64,000 nt of DNA, taken from assembly GCF_018350175.1 (NCBI RefSeq), contig NC_058368.1:210058001-210122000 (forward strand), in the 5' to 3' direction. The stretch is from Felis catus (lineage: Eukaryota). This document shows, in pieces, positions 12,897-25,618 of this stretch. The translations under genes and the position numbers were made by a program. Position 1 is the first letter of the stretch. Each line of letters opens with the position of its first letter. The notes under the pieces were generated by a model. That model had not been told where the DNA came from. It made no database searches and saw only the letters and a program-made list of their open reading frames with translations.

Positions 12897-13831
12897 TGTG
12901 GTATAGTTAAAAAAAATACATATATATATGTATATATATATATAAGATATATATACATATATATAAATATAAATATATGTAATATATATATGTATATATA
13001 TATGTACACATACATCTCTCTATATAGATATCTATATAGATATATATATGACTTTGTCCCTGGTTCCTGGCACAGAGATCCTAAAACCCTTGGAATTTTC
13101 TGAGTGATAGGAGTCTCTTTTGTTATTTGTAACAAGTCTCTTTAGACCATATCTGAGTTTATGCTAGTGAGGTACATCGCAGTGAGGTCCCTAGATAGCT
13201 TCAACATGCAGACAGGCCACCAGGAAGACCAAGCATTAGCACTTTTCAGCCCTCTTCCCTGACCTCCCTCCTGGGAGTGGAGTGGGACTGGAGATTGAGT
13301 TCATTCACCAATGGCCAGTAATTTAATCAATCATGCCCGTGTAATCAAACTATCAGAAAACCCCTTAAACAATGGGGTTCGGAAAGCATCCCAGTTGGCA
13401 AACACATGGGCGTGCTAGAGGGGGCATGGGGGATCTACACCCCTCTCCCACCCATACCTTGCCCTATGCATCTCTTCCGTTTCACTTTCTGAGTTGTATT
13501 CTTTAGACTAAATGGAGTTGTATCCTTTATAGTAAACTATAATCATAAATAAACAGCTTTCCTGAATTCTGTGAATCATTCAAGTAAATCATGGAAACTG
13601 AAGAAGGGTTGTGGGAAGCTCAGAATTAGTAGTCAGCTGGGCAGAAACATGGGTTGCCCTGGGACTCCACTTCTGACTGGTGTCTGTAGTGAAGATAATC
13701 TTTTAGGACTTAACCTGTGGGGTCTGTGCTACCTCTGGGTAGTTAGTGTCAGAATTGAATTGTCAGACACCCAACTGATATCGGAGAATCGGAGAACTGG
13801 TTGTTGGTGTTGGAAAAAAAAGATAATCACA
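12897..13831 (+). mobile_element. Solo LTR, MER21-like, inserted in L1
   Basis: TG...CA ends with 5-bp flanks aacct/aaccc; tttgtccctggttcctggcacagagatcctaaaacccttggaatttt is MER21-like; the L1 motif aaacaacc|caaatatcc resumes afterwards. Confidence 0.8.
12918..13049. repeat. Imperfect (TA)n microsatellite
   Basis: Directly visible, inside the LTR. Confidence 0.9.
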
Positions 13832-15661
13832 AACCCAAATATCCATTGGGAGATGAAAAAATTGCTATATAAGCATTTAATAAAATACTACCCAGCAATA
13901 AAAAAAAAATGAGCTATTAATACAGTCTACAATGTGGATGAATCTCAAAATAATTATGCTGAGTGAAAAAAACAAAAAGAAATATATGTTATACGAACCC
14001 ATTCATATGAACTAATAAATGTAACCTAATCTCTTGTGGCAGATATCAGACTGGTGTTGGCTTAGGAGTGGGAGACAGAGAAAGGAATTACAAAGGGGCA
14101 CGGGGATTCTGGGGTGATGGCAGGCAATGGACATACTCATGTTGATTGTGGTGATGGTTTCACACACACACATAGACACACATGCCTGTGAAACTTCTCA
14201 AATTATACATTTTAAATATTGCATTTTATCGTAGGTCCGTCATGCTTCAATAAATCTGTTAAAATTTTTTAGATGACTGGAATAAGATATTCAAATGGTT
14301 ATCTCTGGGTGATAGATTTTGAGAGTTCTGTTTACTTTTATACTTTGTTACCCTTATACTTTCCTCTAGTTTTAAAGTTTTCTGCAGTGAGCTTGTATGG
14401 TAGAGAATGAACGTATACAGGAACAAAAACAAAAACAAAATGATATAAAAATATTACACAGGGCTAAGACAACACGATTAACTTTACAGGAACGTAGTGA
14501 GTGAAGTAGTCCTTTGTGGCTCATCTGGGAACCCAGTCACCATTGATAATGAGGCCGCTGTGAAAAAATGTGCTCTCCTTCCCAAACACTGATTTTAAAT
14601 TGAACTTTCAGAAGAGTTGTATTTTTTTTTTTTAAAGCTCTTTCAGCAGTGAACTCCTTTGTTTCAGGTTTTGTTCACAAGAGTTGCTTTTATTTTCTTG
14701 AGGATATTTCTTTCACACTAGAGTAAAAAGGTTCTTTAAAAATTGCAGCAATATTTGGTGTGGGAAATGTCCGTGAGGACTAAGGCCAGAGAAGTTTTCT
14801 GCTGAACACATCAGGAAAAGCTTTCAATGTGGTTACGCTCAGAAACAAGTCTATAAATATTGCACCTTGTTATGGCAAAAGCCCGTCTCCTAGTTTATGT
14901 GGCCCCTGTGACTGAACTGCTTGGTGAACTGCCTTCTCTCCCTACACACCATCTCCGGCATCCCCCGGGGCCCCCTGCAAATGACAAACCTTAAGTCGGG
15001 CTTCTGTTTCAGGACAGCTTCTGTCCCATCAGTGGCCTCTATTGAGTCTGTCTTACTGTCTCATGAGACCTGAACGAACACTTGTTTTCCAGTGAAGTTC
15101 TCACCTTGTGATCTTTTTTGCAGACAATGATGCATAAAGCAAAAAGCAGGCTGAGAACTTCTGAATTGGTGGGACTCATCCCAAGTCTTAGGGGAGGGAG
15201 ACAAAAATCAATCCAACTGAATTTAGACTTGTGAGAGCTTAACTAACCACCACTCTTTGGTCTCTTCAAAATAGGAAACTTCAGGAAACACTAACTAAGA
15301 AAGCTTTGCACAGAGTTTGGTGGATTTTCAGACTCGCAAAGTAGAAGTCTGTTTCCCACTATTTATCGCCTTGGAAACTTTGCACACTCTCTAAGACACA
15401 ACCTGACCTCACACCTTGGTCTATTGAAAAGAACTCAATCCAGACATACAGTTTTCTTGAACAGCCCAGAATAGGCTCAGCTATTCTCCCTTCCATAGGT
15501 GCTCTTGTCGCACTCGGCATTGTAGCGCTCAAGCAATTTCTTGCTTTTCTCAAAGGGAAAACCACTCTCTCTCTTCTGTGAATCTGCCCCGACGTCTAGC
15601 GGAGTTCCTGACACATAGTAGGCACTCAAAAAATGTATATGTGACTTACCCATACTGTTTT

Positions 15662-15899
15662 TTTTTGTTTTTTTTTTTTTAAAGATTTTTTTTTTCAACG
15701 TTTATTTTATTTTTGGGACAGAGAGAGACAGAGCATGAACGGGGGAGGGGTAGAGAGAGAGGGAGACACGGAATCGGAAACAGGCTCCAGGCTCCGAGCC
15801 ATCAGCCCAGAGCCCGACGCGGGGCTCGAACTCACGGACTGCGAGGTCGTGACCTGGCTGAAGTCGGACGCTTAACCGACTGCGCCACCCAGGCGCCCC
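15662..15899 (-). mobile_element. Young CanSINE (SINEC_Fc1-like)
   Basis: Exact TSD ttacccatactgtttt (15646-15661 / 15900-15915); CpGs retained. Confidence 0.96.
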
Positions 15900-16185
15900 T
15901 TACCCATACTGTTTTATCAACAAATTCCAAACTAATGAGGCTTAAATAAGTGCGTTATTTGAAGGTAACTGATAGAACAGTGTAGGGATAACCCAAGAGG
16001 TTTCTTGTGATTTAATTTCACTCTTATTGCTGTTACTTTGTACGTTTCTTAGGGTGCTAAGAGAAGTCCAGTAAATGAGGGGCATTAAGTTGTGTGATTT
16101 CATCATTCTGTTACCCTCTCCCCCAGCACAGCTGACTCTCCAAGAAGTCTCCTGTAAGTCATTTGACCCATTCAAGAGTAGGGTT

Positions 16186-16640
16186 TGTGTCAGTCAGCAT
16201 TTTAGTTGCAAGCAACAGAAACCAATTTTAGGTAATTTAATTAGAAAAGGGACCTATTAGAAGATATTGGTAGCTCACAGAATCTTGGGTCAGGTCAAGT
16301 AATCAGTCAGCATAATGCTTCAAATGCCACAGGGAACCTGTTTCCTGAAGACACCAGTGTCTCTGTTAGTGGGGCATCTCCAGCATCTCCAAGGTAGACC
16401 TGGGCACTGCCACTGAAATAGTTGACACTGTTGGCTCCAGAGGTGGAGTGGACCTGCTGTCACTGTGGCCTCCCTTACCAGAATGGGTTAGTGGTACTGT
16501 TCCTTTGTGTCATCAGTTTCCGATTGGGCAGAAACGAAACTGAGGTCCAGACCCTAGATGCGCAGGTGTTCGGATGGTGATTATCTGGTGTGTACTCTGG
16601 GAAGAGAAGGTCTTGTCTCTGTCTCAGATGCTGGGGCCAT
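16186..16640. mobile_element. Old MaLR/ERVL LTR relic (MLT1-like)
   Basis: tgtgtcagtcagcattttagttgcaagcaacagaaacc..gctcacagaatc terminus; right boundary uncertain. Confidence 0.5.
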
Positions 16641-19600
16641 GGATATCCTTTACAAGGCTGTCTTGTCATTACTCTCTCAAGGATAGGAAGCCAGGAAATA
16701 TCTTTAATATACAGCTGCTGAGAACCATCAAATACTATCTTTGTGACGATGACACAAGAGAAAAATCAGTGAGACTTAGCATGTGTATAAAGCATTGGAC
16801 AAGCAAGCAGAGAAATCAGTGGGTGGATATTAGGGGGTCTGTGAATGCTCTGCAATTTTAGGCAAAATTATGTGTATCTCGAAGGCATGCATTGTGCAAA
16901 AAGCCTAAGAACCTAGATCCAGATTATTGTCTAAACTCATCACTTGGTATATGAGACTAATAAATTGAGGCCCAGAAAGTGGCTTATTGGAGGATGTATA
17001 GGGTGTCCTGGCAAAGTAAGGACTAGAATTTACGCCTCAAAAACTTGCCTGAAAAACATCTTCCAAGTGCAAGGTACAGTTTAAGGTCATAGATGTGTTT
17101 GTTTTAGAATAACCGTGTCAATTTGGACTAAAGTTATTACATGTTTTATGGAAACACAGAAATCTGATCCCAGGCTTCAATTTCAGCTTTGCTCTTCATT
17201 AGGTTGTCTGGTATTGGTATAAATCTCACCTGCTTTCCTTACATTCCCTACCAGTGACCTAGACACATCACTTGCCAGAGGAGGGAGGTGAATCAAGGCA
17301 GAGGGTAGAAGCCCCCAGGTCAGACCACCCCAGCAACTCTACACTCAGGCTTCTGAAGGTCTCTTCTAAGCTGAGACTTTGTGCCAGCTATTCTGGACTT
17401 GTCACAGGGCTTTCCTGCCTGTGCTGAAACCGCCCAGCCCTCATAGCAAATGGGCTTCCAAAGAGATTCTAATTGCACTGTCCAGCCATTTATCTACTAG
17501 TCCTTATGCTGAGCGCTCAAAGTTCTATAGGGGTCAAACAAGTAATAGGAGTGAAGCTGTTCAAGGTAAGCCACTAGGAAGTGGTGGGAACTGTAGTAAA
17601 CTAGGTACAGTAGTGGGAAGAAAAATAAAGTCAGATTCTTCCCTGACTTTTTACACCAAAATAAATGGAGGAGTAACCTCAGTCGATTCACCATATGCCA
17701 ACCAGATATATGTATTAGATCTCAATAACTCAGACAAATAACTAAGTCTTTTATAAGGCCTACAAAATGAAGATGCCCACAAGAAGATAAAACTGTATTA
17801 CGTTTTTTTTTACCCAGCAATATGTAAAAGATCACCTGCCATACTTCAAGCAATGCAACGGAAGGACAGGGACAACTGTCCAGTCTCCTGGAGCAGATGA
17901 AACAAATTTCAAAGCAATAAGGGGCTGACCCGACTGATTTATGGATCAGGCAAGATCATCATTAAGGCACAGTGTCATGATTTTATTGGGATTTTTTCTT
18001 GCTTAGTGAATACAGAATAATGGTGTACCTTGCGGTTGATGGCATCTTAGAAATACAGCATATATATTTGCTTGTGTGTGCATATAATATCTCCGGAAGA
18101 GCACACAAGAACCTGTAGCAGTGGTTGTCTCTGGGGAAGCAGCACTTGGTGTTAGGGGACAGCGTGTGTCTTTTGAACTTTGTAAGCAGGTACAAGTATT
18201 ATATATCAAACAGCAAAATAACAATTAAAAAAAATAAAATGTAGCTTTTTACATGCTAACGTGGAAGGAAACCCAAGATATGGTGTCAAATGAATTAAAT
18301 AAGGAAATGCATAGAGTAGGGAGTTCTCAGATTCAATCCATTTCGCTATATGGGAATGCAGACCCACTGTTCCCAGATCATCTGATTTTTCGAGAAAAGC
18401 TTGAAATCTCAATTTTGTGTGAAATTCCCTAATTTTTAAGGTTGAAAAGAAATTTAAATTCTTTCAAACATGATTAGGGCAATAAAACCCATCTGTGAGT
18501 AGGCTGGGGTCCACAGACTGTCACTTTGGAATGTCCACGTTGTTCCTGATGGTGGCCCTGCCACACACAGTTATGCACATTGCTTTGAGGCACCTGCCAA
18601 GGGGTTGAGTGGGGGCTGATATCCAGCCCTGTTCCCTTCCCACTGAGCCATGGGGCCTGGCACAGAGCTGTGTGTTCCTAGAAGGAAGGCCACAAAGGTA
18701 CCATTTGCTCACTAAGCACAGCGCCAAAGTCACCAAAGTTGCCCATGGGTCACCTTTTCCTAACTCAAGCCAAGGTGGTCTACAGGTTAGCGATGGCCCC
18801 ACCTGAAGAAAGAAAGATCAGTGGCTTTAGTTTTGTAAGGTGAAACTTAAACTCAGATCTGTTTTTTCTGCCATAAAATTGATTACTTTTTGCCTTCTTG
18901 GTTTATGAACTGTTTGAAGTGAAGGATTTGCTAGCTAAGAAGGCCAAGTGGAATGAATTCACATGGTTGCACAGAACCCTGAAGTCCTGTGACTGTCTTG
19001 GCCAAGACAGATATGGCAGGTTGTCAAGGATACAGTTCTATTTGCCTTATTTGGTTAAAAAAAAAAAAAAAAAAAAACATTTGTCAAAGCTTTTTGTAGT
19101 TATTCCTCCTTTCTGTAGACGAACACACAGCTCTTGGCTGTAATCAATATTCACCCACCCATAAACCAACACATTATATTGAAGCTGAAGAAAACAATTT
19201 CAGTCATTAGGGATGTTTGTTGTCCTGAGCATTAATTGAGATAATACACTCAAGGGCTTAGCAGAGTGTCCAGCACCCAGTGAATTCTCAGTAAACAATT
19301 GCTTTTTTTTTTTTAATAAATGGTAATGTAGAATTCATATGTAAAGTCCTAAATATCTTCATACCTTACCAAGTTAGAAGCAAAACACCTTTCATAGTAA
19401 GATATCCAAGTCCTAGGCAACCATCCTGGACCCCTCTAAAATAATGGTCATTACAAGGTATGAATTCAATGAAATTTGGCTTTCATCTAAATGCCCCTTG
19501 TCAGCACTGGAAAGCAGGGGAAAATGAGGGACAGAAAAGTCATTCCTCCTGCTGGCTTTTTTTCTCTCTGTTCAAAAATGTCGACTCTACCGAAGTGTTG

Positions 19601-21529
19601 CTGAGATTGCTAAGAAATCGGCTGTTGTGTACATTGGGACCTTGACTCTGATTTGGGACAAAGCAATCCACAGATTTTCCACACACTGCCTGCCCCTGTT
19701 CCCATTACATTGACAGGGTTAAAACCAATCTGGGATATATTATACTGGTTTCAAGTCTAGGTCTGTTTTTTCATATAAAAATAGTGATGATTAAAACTGA
19801 TGATGATGATAGTACCTACTCATAAGGCTGTTTTAAAGATTTACCAAGGTAATATCTTTGAAGTGTTTGGCACATTCCCTGGTACACAGAAGTGTTCAGT
19901 TAGTTTTGGCTATGATTAGGCTCTGGAAAGCAGGACAATGAAACTTCATTTATTCATCATGTACTTATCAAGTGCCCTATCTGTCTCTCTGTCTCTGTCT
20001 CTGTCTCCCTCTCTCTTTATCTATCTCTGTCTCTTTTTCTTTGCCAGGCACTGTGCCAGAAGCACACTCAAAGACAGGAAGACTGAGCTCTCGAGAGGTT
20101 TATGTTCTAATAGAATGATAATTTAGGACTGGATGAAAGAGAGAGGACACAGTCGCAGAGTGATAAGAAGCTACCCAGATTTTGTGTTTCGCACAGCATA
20201 CTTCAATCTTGCCACTGCCTGCACCGTAGCTAGAACTTTGTTTTCCATATGGAGACGAACGGGATCAATAATTGGGTAATTTTGACAAAGCCGTGACTCC
20301 TAGAATGAAAAGAATCTTGGCTTACCTAGTTCATCCCTTGCAACAGTCTGCAAGAAGGTCAATGCCCAAATAATCCAAGATATCCAGGTCTTCCCTTTTC
20401 CACATAGGACCTTTAGTGGTAGAGACTTATCAGTCTCTCTGGAGAGGCACCTGTTTAAGAGCCTTCTAATCAAGACTGCTTCTTTCTCATGTACAACTTT
20501 GTTTTCTGGCAGTAAATCAAGCAAATTCTCTCTAAATGAAGTTGAGTGAGCCAGGCAGAATTTCTAGGTCATGGGCAGCTCATTACCCTTTCCACTCCTG
20601 CTGATATCCATCCTCAAGAGTTGTTCTTGGCCATATTCTGGTTTCTCATTGGAGGAGGCATTAGAATGCCATTCTGCTGCATTCCTCAGGGAAAGTATTC
20701 GGTGGAAGGCCTTTCTGAGAACCTATGGTTAAAGTTTAGTAAAACTGGAAGTACCCTATTACTGTTCAAGAAGTTTTAGTAAGTTCCACAACCCGGACTG
20801 GAATCTGGAGTATGTTTTTCTTGCTTTTTACAAAAGTTTCTGTGACATAATTAGGGCAGCACCTGTAAGAGTTGAGGGCCAAAGGTTAAGGTGGCCCCAA
20901 CTCACCTGTCTGTACCTCACTGGAGAAGCTCATCTCATTTCAGCAAAAATAAATTGGGCACCTCCTGTGCACGAGTATGATTATTTAGAAGATCATAGAG
21001 TCTTGTGGGTCTGTAGATACCACTCAGCACAGCTAAACCTTTCAAATCTACAGGTGTATCCATCTGCCAAACATAAATTATTTAGCTCAGACTTAAACAA
21101 GCTTACAGCTGGAAGAGACTTTAGGAATTTTCTGGTACTCAGAGAAGGATCCCTTCTCTGGGATCCCTAGTATATGACTGTTCTGCTTGAGCCCGCAATC
21201 TCTTGGGAGGGGGAAGTCACTCCTTCCAATGAACATTGTTCCATCTGACACCCAAAGCTTTTTTTTAGAAGAATTAAAGTATTGCAAATAAGGAAACCAG
21301 AACATAGTATTCCCTTGACTAAATATTCTTTTACTACTAGGTTGGAAAGTTCTTCCCAAACTGATCTTAATACAACCTCTGTCCCTTCCATTCATTTGGT
21401 TCTCACTTCACCTTCTAGGTCAACATGAGACTAGTGTACTTCCTTCTCTGCATGACAGTCCTTGAAGCATTTGGAGATAGCTGCCTTCCATCCCACCCTC
21501 TCTGGCCTCATCTCATGCTCCTCAATGTC

Positions 21530-21810
21530 ATGACCTCAGAGCAGCCTTCCTGACAGGTTCAGCCACAACAGATCCTTCTTTCCAGTCACTCTGTCAATCA
21601 CCTTGTTTGTCTTCTTCAAGCATTTTTCACAGTCTGAAATTATCTTGCTCCTGCATTTGTTTATTTCTTTATGGCTGACTATAATATAAACACTTTGAGG
21701 GCAGGGATCTTGTCTGTCTTACTCATCACCAAACTGAGCGTGCCTAGAACTGTAACTAGCAAGTACTCAGCAAACATTTGCTGTTTATTCGTTGAATGAG
21801 TAAGTGAACA
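21530..21810 (+). mobile_element. L2 3' fragment
   Basis: gagggcagggatcttgtctgtcttactc..gcctagaac..actcagcaaacatttgctg..ttgaatgagt. Confidence 0.7.
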
Positions 21811-21854
21811 GACCTGAAACCAGTCTTTCAATAATTCCCTATAAGATTTTATTC

Positions 21855-21911
21855 CTGAAAAAATTTTTTTAATGTTTATTTATTTTTGAAAGAGAGAGAG
21901 AGAGAGAGAGA

Positions 21912-21960
<49 letters not shown>

Positions 21961-22118
21961 TAGGGGAGGGGCAGAGAGAGAGAGACACAGAATCTGAAGC
22001 AGGCTCCAGGCTCTGAGCTGTCAGCACACAGCCCAGTGTGGGGCTTGAACTCACAAACTGAGAGATCATGACCTGAACTGAAGTCAGATGCTTAACGGAC
22101 TGAGCCACCCACGCCTCT
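21855..22118 (-). mobile_element. CanSINE with internal (GA)n(TG)n microsatellite
   Basis: TSD ataagattttattc (21841-21854 / 22121-22134). Confidence 0.93.
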
Positions 22119-22510
22119 TGATAAGATTTTATTCTGTTTATTCAATTTCTTTGGCTTAGGTAACCAAATAGCTCTATCCTATAGACGGGAATGAAAAATA
22201 AAGAAGCCACATTAGAGCAAGGAACATCTACAAGCCACTTCCTTTTCTTACTCCTTTGAATATGGTGTAATACTGGGAGAAAAGAAAAAGCTGTCAGGAC
22301 CTGGATTCTTATTTGATATCTGCTGGTATCTTACTGTGTGGCCTTGGAACAGTCTCTCAACTGTTCTGAACTTTAGTTTTCTCACATGGAAAATCTGGAA
22401 GGTGGCCTGGGGCTCAGAAATATTCTCAGTGGAAGTATTAATGCCAAAAAAAGAAGCCTCAGTGTAGTTCAGGTGCATTTAAGACCTGGTCATTCTCCAT
22501 TAGCAAAGAG

Positions 22511-23100
22511 TCAGAGGTTCCCAAGCCTGGATGTACGTTCGAATCACCTATGAAGTGTTTGATTAGATCAACTTTATTGAAGTATGATTCATATGCAATT
22601 AAGTGCACATAATTTAAAGTATTCCCTATACACACTGTAAGCACCACTCCAATATAATATATAACATTACTCTGGTTCTGGAAAGTTCCTTCATGCCCCT
22701 TTGCAGTTAATCTACATAACACCCTGCCCTACGTAACCACCAGCCTGATTTCTATCACCAGAGATTAGTTGTGTTTATTTTAGAACTTTATGCATATGAC
22801 GTGTGTGTGTATATATATACACACACGCACATAATCATAATCATACATGTGTATTCTTTTGCATTTGGCTTCTTTTGATCAGAATATTGTTGTTGAGATT
22901 TCATCCGTGTTGTTGCTTATATCAGTAGTTTGTTCTATTTATATAGCTGAGTAATTGTCCATTCTAAAAAAATGCTTTTTAAATGAAGAGTCTTGGGCTC
23001 CACTGATCTTCATATTTGGATCTCTGAAGTCGAAGTCCAGAAATCTATGTGTTTAACATGTGCCAGACAGAATACTTTTGCAGAAGCTGGGTTTAGGAAA
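22511..23100. mobile_element. MER5-like hAT MITE split by an L1 3' end
   Basis: Left half cagaggttcccaagcctgg..gaatcacct (22511-22560); right half cttgggctccac..cagaaatctatgtgtttaaca (~22975-23100). Confidence 0.5.
22565..22965 (-). mobile_element. Old L1 3' UTR fragment
   Basis: caactttattgaagtatgattcatatgcaattaagtgcaca..gagatttcatccgtgttgttgc: antisense L1M 3' end. Confidence 0.8.
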
Positions 23101-24427
23101 CTTTTAATTAGCAGCTGTTCCCCTCAAGTGCAAACAGTTCCCAAAATGCGACTGGTATGGCTGAGAGTAAATTGGTCACAAGTTCTGTGCGGGTCTGAGA
23201 ACCCTCATTCCTGTCGGACTCTCTCCGCCAGATCTTGTGGCCTGCCATAGCTCATGAAGTTCCTGGTGCTTGTAACAAAGCCCAGAGTCAGCCCTGCAAA
23301 TATTCTTTCAGCTCTAAGGCACCTGTAAACTGAGTTATGAGTCTCAGTGTTCACAGGTAAGTCTATAATCTTAATCTATAAAAGCTCACCCCTGCCACGG
23401 AGAACCAGAGGTGCTTACGGCAGCCCTTCTATTTCAGCCCAGCTGCTGAATTACTCATGACAGTTTTATGAGTTGTTTTACTGTCTGGTAAACTTTTTTC
23501 TTTCCTTTTTTTCTTTCTTTTCTTTTCTTTTTTTTTTTTTTCTGGTCTTAATTGAGGGAAGCGTTCTTTGACCATAGTACACAAACGCCACCTTCAGGCA
23601 GAAATTGTAACATTCTTTTGAAACCACAGGGAACAGTTTTCTTAGAACTTAAAAAAAAGTCTTGAGAGCAACATACAGTTTATATTTTTTCACTTTGGTC
23701 CAGACTTTTAAGAATGAGAATTTATTTTTTTAGAGAAGTTTTAGATACACAGGAAAAATGACCAAAAGGTATAGAGATTTTTCCATATATTCCCAGCCTT
23801 TTTATCTGCACATCCCACACCAGAGTGGCACATTTGTTACAATAGATGAATCTATATCATTACCTCTCCAAAGCTATAGTTCATATTAGGTTTTAACTCT
23901 TGGTATTGTACATGCTGTGGGTTTGGCCAAGTGTATAATGATGTGTAGGTACCATTACAGTCACACAGAGTATTCTCACTACCTTGAAAACCCTCTGTGC
24001 TCTGCCTACTCATCCTTCTCTCCCCTCTCACCCCCACCAATTACTGATCCTTTACTATTTCTGTAGTGTTACAGAATGTCATATAGTTGAACCATATAGT
24101 ATGTGTAGTTTTATATTGGCTTCTTTCATTTGGTAATATAAATTTAAGGTTTCTCTATGTCTTTTCATGGCTTGACAGCTTATTGCTTTTTAGTGCTGGA
24201 TAATAGTCCACTGTCTGGATGTACCACAGTTGATTGATCCATTCACTGACTGAAGGACATCTTGGTTGCGTCCAAATTTGGGCAGTTATGAATCAAGCTG
24301 CTCTAAGCATCCATGTGCAGGATTTTGTATGGCCATAAGATTTCAACTTCTTTGGATAAATACCAAGGAGAGGGATTCTGGATCATATAATAAGAACAGA
24401 TTTCATTTTGTAAGAAACAGACAAACT

Positions 24428-24635
24428 GGGGTGTCTGGGTAGCTCAGTCGGTTAAGTGTCTGACTTCAGCTCTGGTCATGATCTCACGGTTCATGAGTTC
24501 CAGCCCTGCATCGGGTTCAGCACAGAGCCAGCTTCGGATCTTCTGTCTTCCTCTCTCTGCCCCTCCCCTGCTCACATTTTTTTTCTGTCTCTCCCTCAAA
24601 AATAAATAAACGTTAAAAACAAAACAAAACAAAAA
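24428..24635 (+). mobile_element. CanSINE in L1
   Basis: TSD aagaaacag(a/t)caaa at 24412 and 24636. Confidence 0.9.
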
Positions 24636-24817
24636 AAGAAACAGTCAAAATGTCTTCCTGTTTGTCCACATTCTCGTGAGCATTTGTTGGTGTCATCCTT
24701 TTGGAGTTTGGCCATTCTAATAGGTGTGTGGTGATGTTTCATTGTTGTTTTAATTTTCCATTCCCTAATAACATATGATGTAGAGCATTTTTTATACACT
24801 TATTTCCATCTTTATAT

Positions 24818-24878
24818 CCTCTCTCAGCCCCTCCTCTATTCTCTCTCTCTCTCAAAATAAATAAACTTAAAAAAAAAG
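24818..24878 (+). mobile_element. Orphan CanSINE 3' tail
   Basis: ctctctcagcccctcct..ctctctcaaaataaataaacttaaaaaaaa without the SINE head. Confidence 0.75.
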
Positions 24879-25375
24879 CAACATCCTTGCCTTGTTCCTG
24901 ATGTTAGTGAGAAAGCTTCTAGTCTCACTATCAAGTGTGATGTTAGCTGTAGGTTTTTGTAGATATTCATCAGTTCATTTAAATCTCTTGCATGTATCTT
25001 AAATCTTTTGAGATATTACTAAAAAATGAAAACGGTGGATACTCATGCAACAACTGAACCATGAAAGCAGGTTTATGAGACATTCCTTTTATACTTTAAA
25101 TTGTTAATTGTGCTTTAAATCAGTTAGCCAAAGAAAATTGTTCATAACTAGTTTCACATTAAAATCCAGAAAACTTGTGTTCCACTGGCTGGTCATTTAA
25201 TATCTAATCATGTCTCTTGTATTGTAAAGAAATCTATCTGAAAATCAAAACTAATGTGTCAATTTCTCTTTAGGCTATGTATTGGTAAATGAATTCTTTC
25301 CTAATTGGCCACAATTAAATATTATGTATTCTACCACTATGGTCTACATTTTGCTGTTAGTTTCATGATGGTTTC

Positions 25376-25420
25376 TTTCTTTTTTCTTTCTTTTTAGGTT
25401 TATTTATTTATTTTGAGACA

Positions 25421-25462
<42 letters not shown>

Positions 25463-25618
25463 AGCAGGGGAGGGGCAAAGAGAGAGAGGGACTCCCAAGC
25501 AAGCTCCATGCTGTCAGTATAGAGCCTGATGCAGGGCTCAACCTCATGAACTGTGGGATCATCATCTGAGCTGAAACCAAGAGTTGGATACTTAACTGAC
25601 TGAGCCACCCAGGCACCC
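25376..25618 (-). mobile_element. CanSINE with internal (CA)n
   Basis: Exact TSD ttcatgatggtttc (25362-25375 / 25619-25632). Confidence 0.95.

Larger units (their letters stand above)
10930..14270 (+). mobile_element. Old 5'-truncated L1 (L1M-type): decayed ORF2 3' half plus 3' UTR, interrupted by a SINE and an LTR
   Basis: Plus-strand translation near 10965-11135 NLIKGICEKPSASIRLNGERLKAFSLRSGTRQGY..LFNVVL is L1 RT; later L1 motifs aatgggcaaaag, tagacatttcacc, ctaggtatttacccaagaga; ends tcaataaatctgtt. Confidence 0.9.
23720..24975 (-). mobile_element. Old L1 (L1MC-like) 3' portion with SINE insertions
   Basis: Antisense 3' UTR/ORF2: gaaggacatcttggttgc, taggtgtgtggtgatgtttcattgttg, catccttgccttgttcctgat (GTRQG motif). 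Confidence 0.85.
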
